64,000 nucleotides of DNA from NCBI GenBank assembly GCA_963823665.1, contig CAWGMQ010000004.1, forward strand, positions 672,001 to 736,000, in the 5' to 3' direction. The notes under the pieces were generated by a model. It did no database searches, was not told the origin of the DNA, and saw only the letters and a list, made by a program, of their open reading frames with translations. The DNA comes from an uncultured Planctomycetota bacterium (GTDB lineage Bacteria; Planctomycetota; Planctomycetia; Isosphaerales; Isosphaeraceae). Positions 23,515 to 33,366 of the stretch are shown here, one piece after another. Positions within the stretch are counted from its first letter, which is position 1; each line of letters begins with the position of its first letter. Made by a program: the position numbers and the translations under genes.

Positions 23515-25431
23515 TCAATCAACCTTGGGCATCCGCTCCGGATGCGATGAGCCTTCACGGATGAGCCAGCTCGCCCGCGCTTCAATCTCTTCGTACCGGT
23601 CAATCCGGCCCGAGGGCCAGCGGACTGTGAGCCGATCGACGGCTCGGGCGCCGCCGATCCCGATCAAGAGCCGTGGATCATGCGATGCGCCCAGGCTGCC
23701 TCCCCCTTTGCGCTGGCGAAAGCTGGTGCGGCCGCCGGCCTCCACCTCGACTCGAGCCCCGATCGCATCGCGATTGCTCTGAACACCAACCAGGCAGATC
23801 CGGATCCACTGGTTTGACGTATCGGTGTCATTTCGAAGCACCGCCGCCGGAGCATCCTTGTGATTGATCGCCAGATCGATGTCGCCGTCATTATCGAGGT
23901 CGCCATACGCAACTCCCCGGCCGACGTGGTCGGAATCAAAGTACGCTCCGGCATCACGCGTCGCCAGCACGAATCGCTCCCCCCCCTCGTTTCGGTGCAA
24001 GAGCGCCGGCTCGGCGTAACTGTTGAACACACGGCTGATGAGACGAAGGTTATCGTCGACATGGCCGTTCGCCACGAAGCAATCCGGCCAGCCGTCGGAG
24101 TCGAAGTCGCCCAGCACGCAGCCCCATCCAACCCAGGCCAGACTATCGTGGAAGATCCCGGACGTTCGCGCTCGATCCTCGAATTGACCTTCGCCGAGAT
24201 TGATGAAGAGCGCATTTCCTTCCCCCAGGAAATTGGAAACGAACACGTCGGCCCTGCCGTCGCCGTCGACATCCTCGGCGTCAACTCCCATTCCCGCGCG
24301 CATCGCCCCGTTCGGACCATATCCCGCGCCGGAAGACTCGGTGACATCGACGAACGTCCCGTCCCCTCGATTCAAGTAGACAAAATTGGGGCACATGTCG
24401 TTTGCAACATAAAGATCAATGCGGCCGTCGTCATTCAAGTCGGCTGCAACGGCACCGAGCCCGCGGCCGTCGCTCCGCGCCACACCAGAGGCCTCGGTCA
24501 CATCAGTAAATGTCAGATTGCCGTTATTGCGAAAGAGGACGTGTCGGGCCGGCTTGATCGCGTGGGGTGAACAGTACACCCGCACGCGGCTCGGACCCGA
24601 CCCGTCAACTGACGTCGCTCTCTCGCAAACAAGATCGTCGTCCGGCAGCTTCCACTTACCGTAGTTAACCACGTAAAGATCGAGATCGCCATCGTTGTCG
24701 TAGTCGAGGAAAGCGCCTCCGGGCGACCAGCCTTCTCGGTCAACTCCAGCTTGCTTGCTGATATCCTGAAACGTGCCATCGCCTCGGTTCAAGTAAAGGA
24801 CATTGCGGCCGCTGTTGCAGAGGAATACATCGGAATCGCCGTCGTTGTCGATGTCGCCGCTGACGATGCCGCGACAGTAGCCGCCAAACGCGAGACTCGC
24901 CGCCTTGGTCGCTTCCGCAAACCGTCCCGCACCCAGATTCCGGTACAGGCGATTGGTGCGCCTCGATGCCGTGCCGGCCGGTAGGAGCGTGCCGTTCGCA
25001 AAGTAAAGGTCCATCCGTCCGTCGCCATCGTAGTCGAAGATCGCCAGGCCCGATCCATAGGCAGTCGGAAAATGCTTGTCCTTCGTCATCCCCGAGAAAT
25101 GGACAAAGTCGACGCCACTCTGCTTGGCGACCTCGGTGAATCGGAACGGACTTGGCGGCTGCATGACCGAGATGTTGGCACGAGTGGCGCGAAGGTCGAG
25201 CGACCGCTCGGCCGCAATCAAGTCGGCGGTCGCGTCGTCCACCACCGTCGCCGCAGATTGTTGCACAACCATGCGATTCAAAGCGAGGACAGCGTGAACG
25301 GCCAGCAGAACACCGAGAAGTGCCGGAGCACGCGTGACGACCGTCCGCGGTCGGTCAGGCCGGCCCGCCCCAGCTTCGTCATCCCGGCGGCGCTCCTCGA
25401 GCGCATGCCGGCGAAGTCGAGGCCATCTCAT
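23515..25431 (-). CDS. FG-GAP/ASPIC-UnbV (CRTAC1 family) protein, short N-terminus type
   Basis: PSPFRFTEVA; DYDGDG/DLNDDG repeats; ASPIC C-terminus. Confidence 0.9.
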   Translation of the reverse strand: MRWPRLRRHALEERRRDDEAGAGRPDRPRTVVTRAPALLGVLLAVHAVLALNRMVVQQSAATVVDDATADLIAAERSLDLRATRANISVMQPPSPFRFTEVAKQSGVDFVHFSGMTKDKHFPTAYGSGLAIFDYDGDGRMDLYFANGTLLPAGTASRRTNRLYRNLGAGRFAEATKAASLAFGGYCRGIVSGDIDNDGDSDVFLCNSGRNVLYLNRGDGTFQDISKQAGVDREGWSPGGAFLDYDNDGDLDLYVVNYGKWKLPDDDLVCERATSVDGSGPSRVRVYCSPHAIKPARHVLFRNNGNLTFTDVTEASGVARSDGRGLGAVAADLNDDGRIDLYVANDMCPNFVYLNRGDGTFVDVTESSGAGYGPNGAMRAGMGVDAEDVDGDGRADVFVSNFLGEGNALFINLGEGQFEDRARTSGIFHDSLAWVGWGCVLGDFDSDGWPDCFVANGHVDDNLRLISRVFNSYAEPALLHRNEGGERFVLATRDAGAYFDSDHVGRGVAYGDLDNDGDIDLAINHKDAPAAVLRNDTDTSNQWIRICLVGVQSNRDAIGARVEVEAGGRTSFRQRKGGGSLGASHDPRLLIGIGGARAVDRLTVRWPSGRIDRYEEIEARASWLIREGSSHPERMPKVD

Positions 25432-25767
25432 AAAACAGTTCCGGGATCAGCAACGAGGTTTGCAGAGAGTCCGACACGACCGCATCATCCAGCATCGCCT
25501 TGTCATTCTAGTCTTTGCGTCAATTCGGTGCGAGCGGTCCCTGTCTCCGAGGACGAACTTCCGGACGCGCGAGTATCCGCCAAGACGCTCGGCCTAAGAA
25601 TCCCCACCGAGCGATCCGGACACTAGACACACCGCATGCCCAAGGATGACCTGTCCCTCCTGCATCGCCGTCGGCGTCGGCACCCAGCCGCGCGCGAGCC
25701 GCGCTTCCAGCAATTCATCGGCAGTCGGCCGATGATTCCAGACGGCGACCGCCGTCACCACGCCAAA

Positions 25768-26037
25768 TCACGTGGTGTCGTAAACGAGCCAGAGCCCGCC
25801 GGGATACGCAACGAGGATGTCGTGGCTGAATTCGTCCTGCGTCACCATTCCGGACGGGGCGAGCGGAGGCTTGTGCCCGCGCAGCCAATCGACGGCATGC
25901 TTGATGGAGCTGTGGCTCGCCACGGTCTCGGCGATCCGGGCGAAATCCTCCGGAGCAAGATCGGCGCGGTTCTCGATGGGAAACGCTGTTTCCAATTGCG
26001 CCGCCATTTCTTCACGCTCAGACCGCACGTCGTGCAA
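25768..26037 (-). CDS. small hypothetical protein
   Basis: Directly downstream of yraN on the same strand; protein-like composition (VTQDEFSHDILV...LVYDTT). Confidence 0.6.
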   Translation of the reverse strand: MHDVRSEREEMAAQLETAFPIENRADLAPEDFARIAETVASHSSIKHAVDWLRGHKPPLAPSGMVTQDEFSHDILVAYPGGLWLVYDTT

Positions 26038-26052
26038 ACAGACCCCAGAACG

Positions 26053-26451
26053 TCAGCGAAACATCTGTCCGGTCCCAACCGCCTCGAACGCCCCGCGAAT
26101 GTGCTCGATTTCCGGAAGACGCCGATCCTCGGCCCACACGATCGCCACCACGTCGAATCGCGAACGCTGTTCGAGCAAGTTGCGGTTGCGTAGAAAGTGG
26201 AGCGCCGCCAGGGTGAGCCGTCGCTGCTTCTCCGGCGTCACGGCTTCCGCGGGCGTGCCGCGCCGCCGCGTTTTCACTTCGACGAAGACCAAGATGTCGC
26301 CCTCTCGCGCGATCAGGTCGATCTCGCCCCAGAGCGTGTCATAACCGCGCGTGAGGATGCGCATCCCTTCGCGCCGCAGGAACCGTGCCGCCGCGCGCTC
26401 GCCCCGGTCACCAAAGAAGCGATTCCATAAACGAGGTACGAACCGTCGCAT
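26053..26451 (-). CDS. yraN: YraN (UPF0102) family putative endonuclease
   Basis: GDRGERAAARFL, GEIDLIA, LVFVEVKTR, RFDVVAI, HIRGAF. Confidence 0.92.
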   Translation of the reverse strand: MRRFVPRLWNRFFGDRGERAAARFLRREGMRILTRGYDTLWGEIDLIAREGDILVFVEVKTRRRGTPAEAVTPEKQRRLTLAALHFLRNRNLLEQRSRFDVVAIVWAEDRRLPEIEHIRGAFEAVGTGQMFR

Positions 26452-26496
26452 GAGCTGTGACCGCCATTGCTGCGCGCTGCTCGCCCGCCGTCGCTC

Positions 26497-26817
26497 TTAA
26501 TTCACGCCGAGATCCCTCTCGATATCGCGGGCTTCGGAACTCAACCCGCTCCATCGCCGGCTGTTCGAAAAGAATGGCGTCTGGTTGTTGGAGTCGGAAT
26601 TGACGCCCATGACTTTGTTCGCATCCATCTGCACGGCCGTCGGCTTGTACGGATCGTCTGATTTCGACGACGGAACGCCGTCATCGTCACTGTTCCTGTG
26701 CCACGCTTTCAGCGACTCGCAGCCCGTCATCCCGGTCACGACCGCGCCCAGGCACAGCACGCGGAACAAGTGCGCACCGGCAGCACCGGTGCCAGCGGTT
26801 GATCGACGCATCATCAC
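26497..26817 (-). CDS. small putative lipoprotein
   Basis: Signal-like hydrophobic stretch ending MTGC; C-terminal GLSSEARDIERDLG. Confidence 0.65.
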   Translation of the reverse strand: MMMRRSTAGTGAAGAHLFRVLCLGAVVTGMTGCESLKAWHRNSDDDGVPSSKSDDPYKPTAVQMDANKVMGVNSDSNNQTPFFSNSRRWSGLSSEARDIERDLGVN

Positions 26818-27064
26818 AATCCCGCCTTATCCTACGAGATGGGCCGTCGCGACGGCGACCCGAGATGGAAAGGAGACGATTCGCGGAGCGCGTCCGGAGA
26901 AGCGGTGATGGAAGTGTGATCGAAGTTTCCCAAAATGGGGCGACAACGTCCAGATCGTTTCGGCGCACCCCATCAGCACACTGATACCGCCAAAAAGGGG
27001 GCCGCGGAATGCTTCTCGCATTGGCGTATCAGAATGTGAAGGAAAGAGTTACGTCATCTGCTGG

Positions 27065-28591
27065 TCATGGGATCAGCCGATCCGATGAATTCGATGGACG
27101 CTCTGGCGGTTTCGCAGTCCAACCCACTATGAGCACCGTCAACCCCAAGAGCGGCGCCAGACCCACGATCACGAAGTTAACGATCAAACTCCCCGTCCAG
27201 TCACGAATCGCGCCGGCGAACGGCTGATACGCAGCCACCGTCAGATTTCCCAAACCACCCAGATAGCCCGCAACAAGCCCGGTGTGCTTGGGCGAAACGT
27301 CTTGTGTGAATGAGAAGTAGTTGGCCATGAACGCCGCGGTTCCGGCGGCCATCAGGCACAGCAAGACGATGGCGGAGACGTCGCTTTGCGGCATCGCGAG
27401 TCCGGTGCCGATCAGGATCAAGACCATGCAAACTGACATCACCGCGAGTCGTGCACGGACGACGGCGGCGCCCATCGCGGCAAGCCCGAGCGAGAGCGCG
27501 CCGCCGCCCAGGTTGCCGAGATCGGCGGCCAGAAACGTCGCGGAGGTCAGGTAGCCGCTGGCCGACCGGCCAAGCCCGCGATCGTCGCGAAGGTAAGTCG
27601 GAATCCAGTTCACGAGGAAGTGCCAGCAGATATTAATCGATATGGATACGACGGCCAGGATCCAGAAGCGCTTGAGCCTGGCAATCTCGTGCAGCGTGGT
27701 CGCCCAGCCGAGCCCGCCGAAGGCGTCCCTGGGCAAGAAGCCCGCGACGCCAAGCGGCCCCAGCATGGCCACAGCAATCGCCACCCACACTGCCGCCAGT
27801 CCGTACCAGCGAGCGAGGCTGCACGCGGCGACGACGGCGATCGCCACGCCGCCAAACGCCATTCCGGCCGCCGGCGAGAGCTGCAACCACCCCCCGGCGT
27901 TTGCCCGCTCGCCTGCGGTCGCGGGCTTTTGCCTTGCAAGCATCCCGCTGCGCGGCCCGCGAACCAGCGCAACCCACACTGTGACCCATACAAAACCGAG
28001 CGAGCCGATGACGAGAAACGTTCCGCGCCATCCGAAGCTCGGCATGAGGTGAACGACGACAGCCGGCGTGAGCACTGCGCCCACGGCCGCTCCCGAATTG
28101 AATATTCCGTTCCCAAGGCTTCGATCTTTAGGTGGAAGAACGCGCGCCGTGACGCGCAGCGCGCACGGCCAGTTGAACGACTCGCCCACCCCGAGCAGTG
28201 CGCGGCAAGCAAACAGCCAGCCCAGGCTAGGCACGAAGGCTGTCGCGATCGCCGCGAGCGACCACCACGCGACCGCCGCGGCGTAACACCAGCGCAGGTC
28301 CCATCGATCCACGAGGTAGCCTGCTGGCACCTGAAAGAGCGCATAAGTCATGGAAAAGGCAGCGAGAACCCAGCCGAAGTCGGTCGAGTCCGGAATGGAA
28401 AAAGACTGGCTGATTTCATGCTTGACCAGCGTGATCGCCTGCCGGTCCATGTAATTCAGCACGGTCGAGGCGAACATCAACCAGCAGAGCACCCAGGCCC
28501 ACGCGGTTGCGCGCGAAGGGCCGCCGGCGTCAGTGGCATTTCCATCGCCGGGTTGGTCGGCAAGCGGTGTCGATTGGTGCGCTGGCGGCAA
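27065..28591 (-). CDS. MFS transporter (ExuT/ACS-like sugar-acid type)
   Basis: LNYMDRQ, GYLVDRW, RALLGVGES, GIFNSGAAVGA; many TM helices. Confidence 0.88.
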   Translation of the reverse strand: MPPAHQSTPLADQPGDGNATDAGGPSRATAWAWVLCWLMFASTVLNYMDRQAITLVKHEISQSFSIPDSTDFGWVLAAFSMTYALFQVPAGYLVDRWDLRWCYAAAVAWWSLAAIATAFVPSLGWLFACRALLGVGESFNWPCALRVTARVLPPKDRSLGNGIFNSGAAVGAVLTPAVVVHLMPSFGWRGTFLVIGSLGFVWVTVWVALVRGPRSGMLARQKPATAGERANAGGWLQLSPAAGMAFGGVAIAVVAACSLARWYGLAAVWVAIAVAMLGPLGVAGFLPRDAFGGLGWATTLHEIARLKRFWILAVVSISINICWHFLVNWIPTYLRDDRGLGRSASGYLTSATFLAADLGNLGGGALSLGLAAMGAAVVRARLAVMSVCMVLILIGTGLAMPQSDVSAIVLLCLMAAGTAAFMANYFSFTQDVSPKHTGLVAGYLGGLGNLTVAAYQPFAGAIRDWTGSLIVNFVIVGLAPLLGLTVLIVGWTAKPPERPSNSSDRLIP

Positions 28592-28792
28592 TGGGAGGGA
28601 CCTTCGAGAGGAGCTACGCTCGGAGGGACTTTCAAAGCCAGATTATCCTGGACAAGATCACAGAACGGATCGGAATTCAAGTCGGCAGGAGTTCCTGGCG
28701 TCGAAAGGGCCGGAGTTCATTCAATTTCCAGATCGTTCTGGTACTCTACCTGCAAAAACCACCGATTTGCGTCACATCCTTACCACCATTGG

Positions 28793-28957
28793 ACTTAAGT
28801 GTGACGATGGAATAATCGGAAGTCGGAGTTTATCGTCGTAAATGACGGCTCAGTTGGCACTTAGGGCGTGACGATCGAATTATCGGAACCAGGGCAATTC
28901 TAGATATAAAACCATGTGGTGACTAAAGTTATGGCGTGACGATGGAACTATCGGAAC
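28793..28957. repeat. three degenerate direct repeats with a 67/68-bp period (CRISPR-like spacing)
   Basis: GTGACGATGGAATAATCGGAAG (28801), GTGACGATCGAATTATCGGAAC (28868), GTGACGATGGAACTATCGGAAC (28936), separated by dissimilar sequence. Confidence 0.8.
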
Positions 28958-29088
28958 GCGGGCTCGCACATTGGCACTGAATCCGCAGCTTAACCTGCGC
29001 TCTCGCCCAACCCGCACACTGCGCTGCCAACACCGGCACGGAAGTCCGGTTGAAGCAACCCCGGGTCCGATCGCTCACGAAAGGTGCA

Positions 29089-29207
29089 CTCATAATCCGA
29101 CTCGCAATCGTACTCATGCTCGAACTCTTGCTCCCACCCTCCGTCCTCCGTCCTCCGTCCTCCGCCCTCCGTCTTCCGTCTTCCGCCCTCCGTCCTCCGC
29201 CCTCCGT
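29089..29207. repeat. degenerate hexamer array followed by ten copies of heptamer C(C/T)TCCG(T/C)
   Basis: ctcata atccga ctcgca atcgta ctcatg ctcgaa..., then cctccgt-type units 29138-29207. Confidence 0.9.
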
Positions 29208-29490
29208 CCACGGACGTACCGCCCGCAAAACATAGTGAACAACCCCGCAGATGGAAAATGGCAATTTCGCGTGGCATATGCCATTCAACTTTTCGGTCGC
29301 TCAAAATCGCGAAGTTCAGTTCTGATCTATTGACACCAATTGAAGTTCCGGATGACGTGCTCCGCGTCTGACAACCGTTCGCCGGCTCGAAAAATGGCAA
29401 AAAGTGGCAATATTACGGGGCCCTTCAAGCATCCGTACACCGGTGTAAATTGGCAGCGCCAGCAGGCGGTACATCTCCCTCAAAAAACGA

Positions 29491-30391
29491 ATGAGACAAA
29501 ATGAGACGAAATGGGACGAATCACCCTGAAAACGTCTCATTTTGCTCGCTGCCTCGAACCCCGTCCGACGGCTGGCCGGAACACCCTGGAGCAGCACCGA
29601 GATGCCGAGTGCCAAAGAAGATAACGCCACGAATTCCTCCCCATGATCCCTCGGCCCAATGGATGAAAACTCACACGCCCGTGGTCCACACCCGTCCCAC
29701 GCCCCCGACACCGGGATGCGAGGCCGCAGAACGGCCTTCGAACTTCACCCCAACTAATCCCCGGATAACCCTGTCGCTGGACAGCTCCCTGCTGTTCGGA
29801 TTTCGAACTTCGAATTTCGGATTTTCATTCCCTACCATTATTATGCGCGGGTTTCGGGCGTTAGCCATCTCCACAATCACGCGTGTAAATCTCTGAGTAA
29901 AACACAAATTCAATCGAGATAGGCAATTAGCCACCGCGCCCGGGCAAGTGATTCTCATTCAGATGAGCCCGTTCAAAGCGTTTTGAAACCATAATTGTGA
30001 ACACGCGGGGCTGGCTCCAGACGATCCCGATTCGTTTTGTAAATTCGTCGCGCGTCCTTACGCCTAAAGGATTACGGTAACAGCACTGGCAAGTCGTGAT
30101 CTCCGCCCTCCGCCCTCCGCTCTCCGCTCTCGTGCACCAGCGGCTTCAGCCCTCCGAGCATCACGCTCGCACAATGAGAATCCGCGACCAAAACCCGTCC
30201 CCAATCCCGCCCCATTTCCGTGCCCTCGGTCTGCTCCGTGGTTCAAACTCCTAGCCGACCCCGCCATCCGTTGTGATCTCCGCCCTCCGCCCTGATCTCC
30301 GCCCCCCGTCCTGATCTCCGCCCTCCGCCCTCCGCCCGACCCACCGGATCAACGGGCTCCGATGAGACAAAATGAGACGAAATGAGACGAA
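29491..30391. repeat. two blocks of three phased 10-mers ATG(A/G)GAC(A/G)AA
   Basis: Blocks at 29491-29520 and 30362-30391; an inverted unit gtctcatttt at about 29534. Confidence 0.85.
29795..29822. repeat. heptamer array TTCG(G/A)A(T/C) x4
   Basis: ttcggat ttcgaac ttcgaat ttcggat. Confidence 0.8.
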
Positions 30392-30658
30392 ATCACGAAA
30401 ATCCGCCTCACCGACAATCGCCGTTCTCCTCCCACATCAAGGCATTGCGCCGAATCGTCCGATCAATTTCGAAGGCAACCGTCTCACGTACAGAAAACAC
30501 GGCTTCTCCGTTTCTTCGGCAAGTCCGCCGGGGCACGCCAACCCGATGAAGGCGTTCCCCCAGTCCAGCCCCGCGTGCTCGCCCCCGTTTGACGACACCG
30601 CGACGCCGCTGAACCATGCCTAAGTTCGTTTTGTAGATTCGTCGCGCGTCCTTACGCC
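30031..30658. repeat. 34-bp direct repeat (33/34 identical)
   Basis: ttcgttttgta(a/g)attcgtcgcgcgtccttacgcc at 30031-30064 and 30625-30658. Confidence 0.9.
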
Positions 30659-31255
30659 ACAAGGGTTAAGGGAACGCGAACGGTCACCCGCCGGTCGACT
30701 CAAGTCTGGCACTGGCTGACCGTCCCCTCGCTGATCACTTACCCCGCACATCAATTCCGGCGCGTATTCTTGTGTTTCTCGCTCCACCCGTGTCTCTCCG
30801 CCCAGCCCGCACCGCCACACGGCCAAAACCGGCGCGGAAATCCCGTTGAAGCAACCTCGGTTAAACATAGTGAACAAGTCCCCCGACCCTGCGTGGCGCT
30901 TTGGTACGACCCGCGCCACGGTGTAGTCGAACACCCGGAAGGCCCGCCGGAGATTCCCGATCCTCCTGTGCCACTTCGACATGCGGCGCGCCCTTTCCGC
31001 CCTTGGACACCCGCTGCCCCCCTCCAATCGTGGCGCAAAGTGGCGCGTTTTCGTGGGTCCTCCAGCATCTGTACAGTAGTGTAAACCCACGCTCGAAGCA
31101 GGGTGGGTGTAACCCACCGGCTCAAGGAAGGGTGTGATCCCGACAAGTTGTCCGCTCCGGCCATCAACAACGCACACGCTCCAGCGCGAAGGTTTGGAGT
31201 GATCGTGTTTCAAGGCGATCCAGCTCCCTTTGACATGAAAAATGACGGTACCCTT

Positions 31256-31407
31256 GGCCTCTACCATAGATGATCTACAAACGCCCCGATCCGTTTGCGC
31301 AAAAGATGTGGTATTCGTCCATTTCGAGTGAAATTTCTCCGCCCTCCGCCCTCGGCCTCTACTCCAAATGATCTACAAAACGCCCGTCCCAGTTTCCAAA
31401 AAGATGT
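31256..31407. repeat. imperfect ~54-bp direct repeat, 98-bp period
   Basis: ggcctctac...atgatctacaaa(a)cgccc...gttt...aaaagatgt at 31256 and 31354. Confidence 0.75.
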
Positions 31408-32291
31408 CGATGTCGAATGAGCGCAATGCGGCTCACGGCCCACACACATCGTGCGGGGGCATCGCTCCCCCCGATGTCGGCGAACTCGTGCCAGCGTTCG
31501 TCACCCCGGTTGAGCATCCAAACGCGCGAAAGTCGCCACGAAGCCCGACGTGTCCTCAATGCCAAAACGACCCCCACTTCCAAACAACATTCCAACAATG
31601 GTCTTCTGGATCAGGTATCTTCCCTGATAACCGAAAACAAGAGACGGCGTGAGTGAAACGAGTTCTAACTGCTCGTGACTTGAAATGAAGATCTCGGAGC
31701 AGCTTCACATCTTGGTAATTGTGGCCCGCGATTGCTGGCGTCGACAAGCGGGACTGGCGGCTACGGCGCTGAAACTACCGCCGCAGCCCGGCCCTCGAAG
31801 ATAGCGACTTACCGCCCGACCTCTTGCATGCCATGGACCGGAACAGACCGGCGTTCGGCGACGAAACCCGTGTCTGCACTTCATTTTACGAAATCACGTT
31901 CCATTTGCAAGATCACATGTAACATAGCAAAAATATGCAAGGATAGTGTGTAATTCGGCCGGTAAGTGTGTAGGGCGGAACGTCCCAAGATAATGGTCCC
32001 CTGGCCGGCCTAACGCAGCGCCTGGCACCCGTCCGAGGCACGCCTCATTTGTAGATCGATCGGGCGTGATCAGGCTGTTTCGGATCGGAACTCGGCGGTG
32101 GCTGGCCGATTCTCGATTGTGAAGCGGGGCAGCGCGAGTATGACCATCTGGCCTGCCTTTTGGTGGTCGTCTAAATCGCTGAGATCCCCGGCACAGCATC
32201 GGTTACCTCATCAACGAAGTGGCCATGCCGGAAGATATCGTAAGGGGCGATGCGATCGCCGCATGGCGCATCGTGGTCGGAGAACGCAACC

Positions 32292-32393
32292 TCCCAACAA
32301 CCATCAGCGTTTCGCGCCCGCCGCCGGACGCATTGGATCACCTGCGGTGACTCGCGCGGTCGGCGGCTTGCTGCTATCGGGTTGCCGTTGACC
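32292..32393 (-). other. degenerate attC-like hairpin at the 3' end of the TIR gene
   Basis: Minus strand GGTCAAC...GCCGCCG...CGGCGGC...GCTGATGGTT-GTTGGGA, an imperfect ~100-bp palindrome. Box spacing is not canonical. Confidence 0.45.
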
Positions 32394-33348
32394 GACCACC
32401 AGTTCATCGAGTAATGCAAATAAGCGATCCCATGGCCGTGCCCTCCGATTCGTAAAGTCGAGATACTGGAACGCTTCCAGCCGCGGGTGAATGGGCGTTT
32501 CTCGGAGAAGCAATGGGACAACCCTTAAGCCTAGCCCCAGTCCGTATGCCCACTCATACGTGACGTACTCCGATGCCTTGCTGTCCGGTGATAAGACAAG
32601 GATTACGGCGCGGGAACCAAGGATTGCTTCGTCAATCTCCTTTCTCCAATCGGTACCCGCCTCGAGAACATCTGTGTCGATCCACCCGGTGTAGCCCGCT
32701 TGGGCCATGCGGGATTTCAGATTCTCCGCGAAATCACCGTCTTCTTTGGCGTGAGAAATAAAAAAAGTGCGTTGAACCTTCGGGGTTTGATCGTTTTGAG
32801 TTGGGCTGTCCGCGGTTCGCTCGGCGCTGCCCTCGCCCGTATCCGTCTTCCGCTGGGCCTCTGCCAGATCCACGTGCAATTCGGGGGGAGATTCTTCTAG
32901 CTGATGGAGGATGGCTACTAAGACCTCCGTAAAGTCGGCCCACATTCGGTCTCGTTTTGCCCTCGGCAGTTCGGAGATCGCGCGGCCGTCGCGCGGCCAA
33001 ACCTGATAATACGCCAGCGGAGTCTGAACCCAGAGCGCGGGTCGGACGATGATTGGGAGAACACGAAGCTGTCTCTGCTTATGTTTCTCAAGAAGTTGTG
33101 GCAGCTCTTCTTCCTGAATCCACTTTGATGCCAAGTAGTCTGGCGGAGACCAGTAGGATGGCGAGATCGGCCCGATCGAGAGCTTGAGCGATTTGCTCAT
33201 GCCAGTCGCTACCGGGTTCGGCGGCCCTGTCGGACCACACTTGGAAATCTGCTGTACGTTCGAAGGGCCGTAGAAACCTCAGCAGTTCGTCCGCGATGGC
33301 TTTATCCCGGTGACTGTAGCTCAAGAACACGACAGGTCTCGAAGTCAT
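32304..33348 (-). CDS. tandem TIR-TIR domain protein, frameshift near 33140
   Basis: TIR1: VFLSYSHRD...VWSD...GSDWHEQI...LLVS/PDYLASKWIQEEEL. TIR2: FFISHAKED...WID...SEYVTYEWAYG. Confidence 0.85.
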
Positions 33349-33366
33349 AACCCATTCTCCGAGGAA

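Noticed and set aside
28793..28957. Firm CRISPR array call
   Set aside because: Only three imperfect repeats and no cas gene or clear leader in the window; kept as a repeat and a finding.
28929..31953. Short ORFs in the 28.9-32 kb region
   Set aside because: They are translations of tandem repeats (GGRRTE...) or low-information sequence, with no RBS or motif support.
31968..31995. TGTAGGGCGGA resembling a Tn7 end (TGTGGGCGGA)
   Set aside because: No repeated TnsB-type sites, partner end or tns genes were seen.
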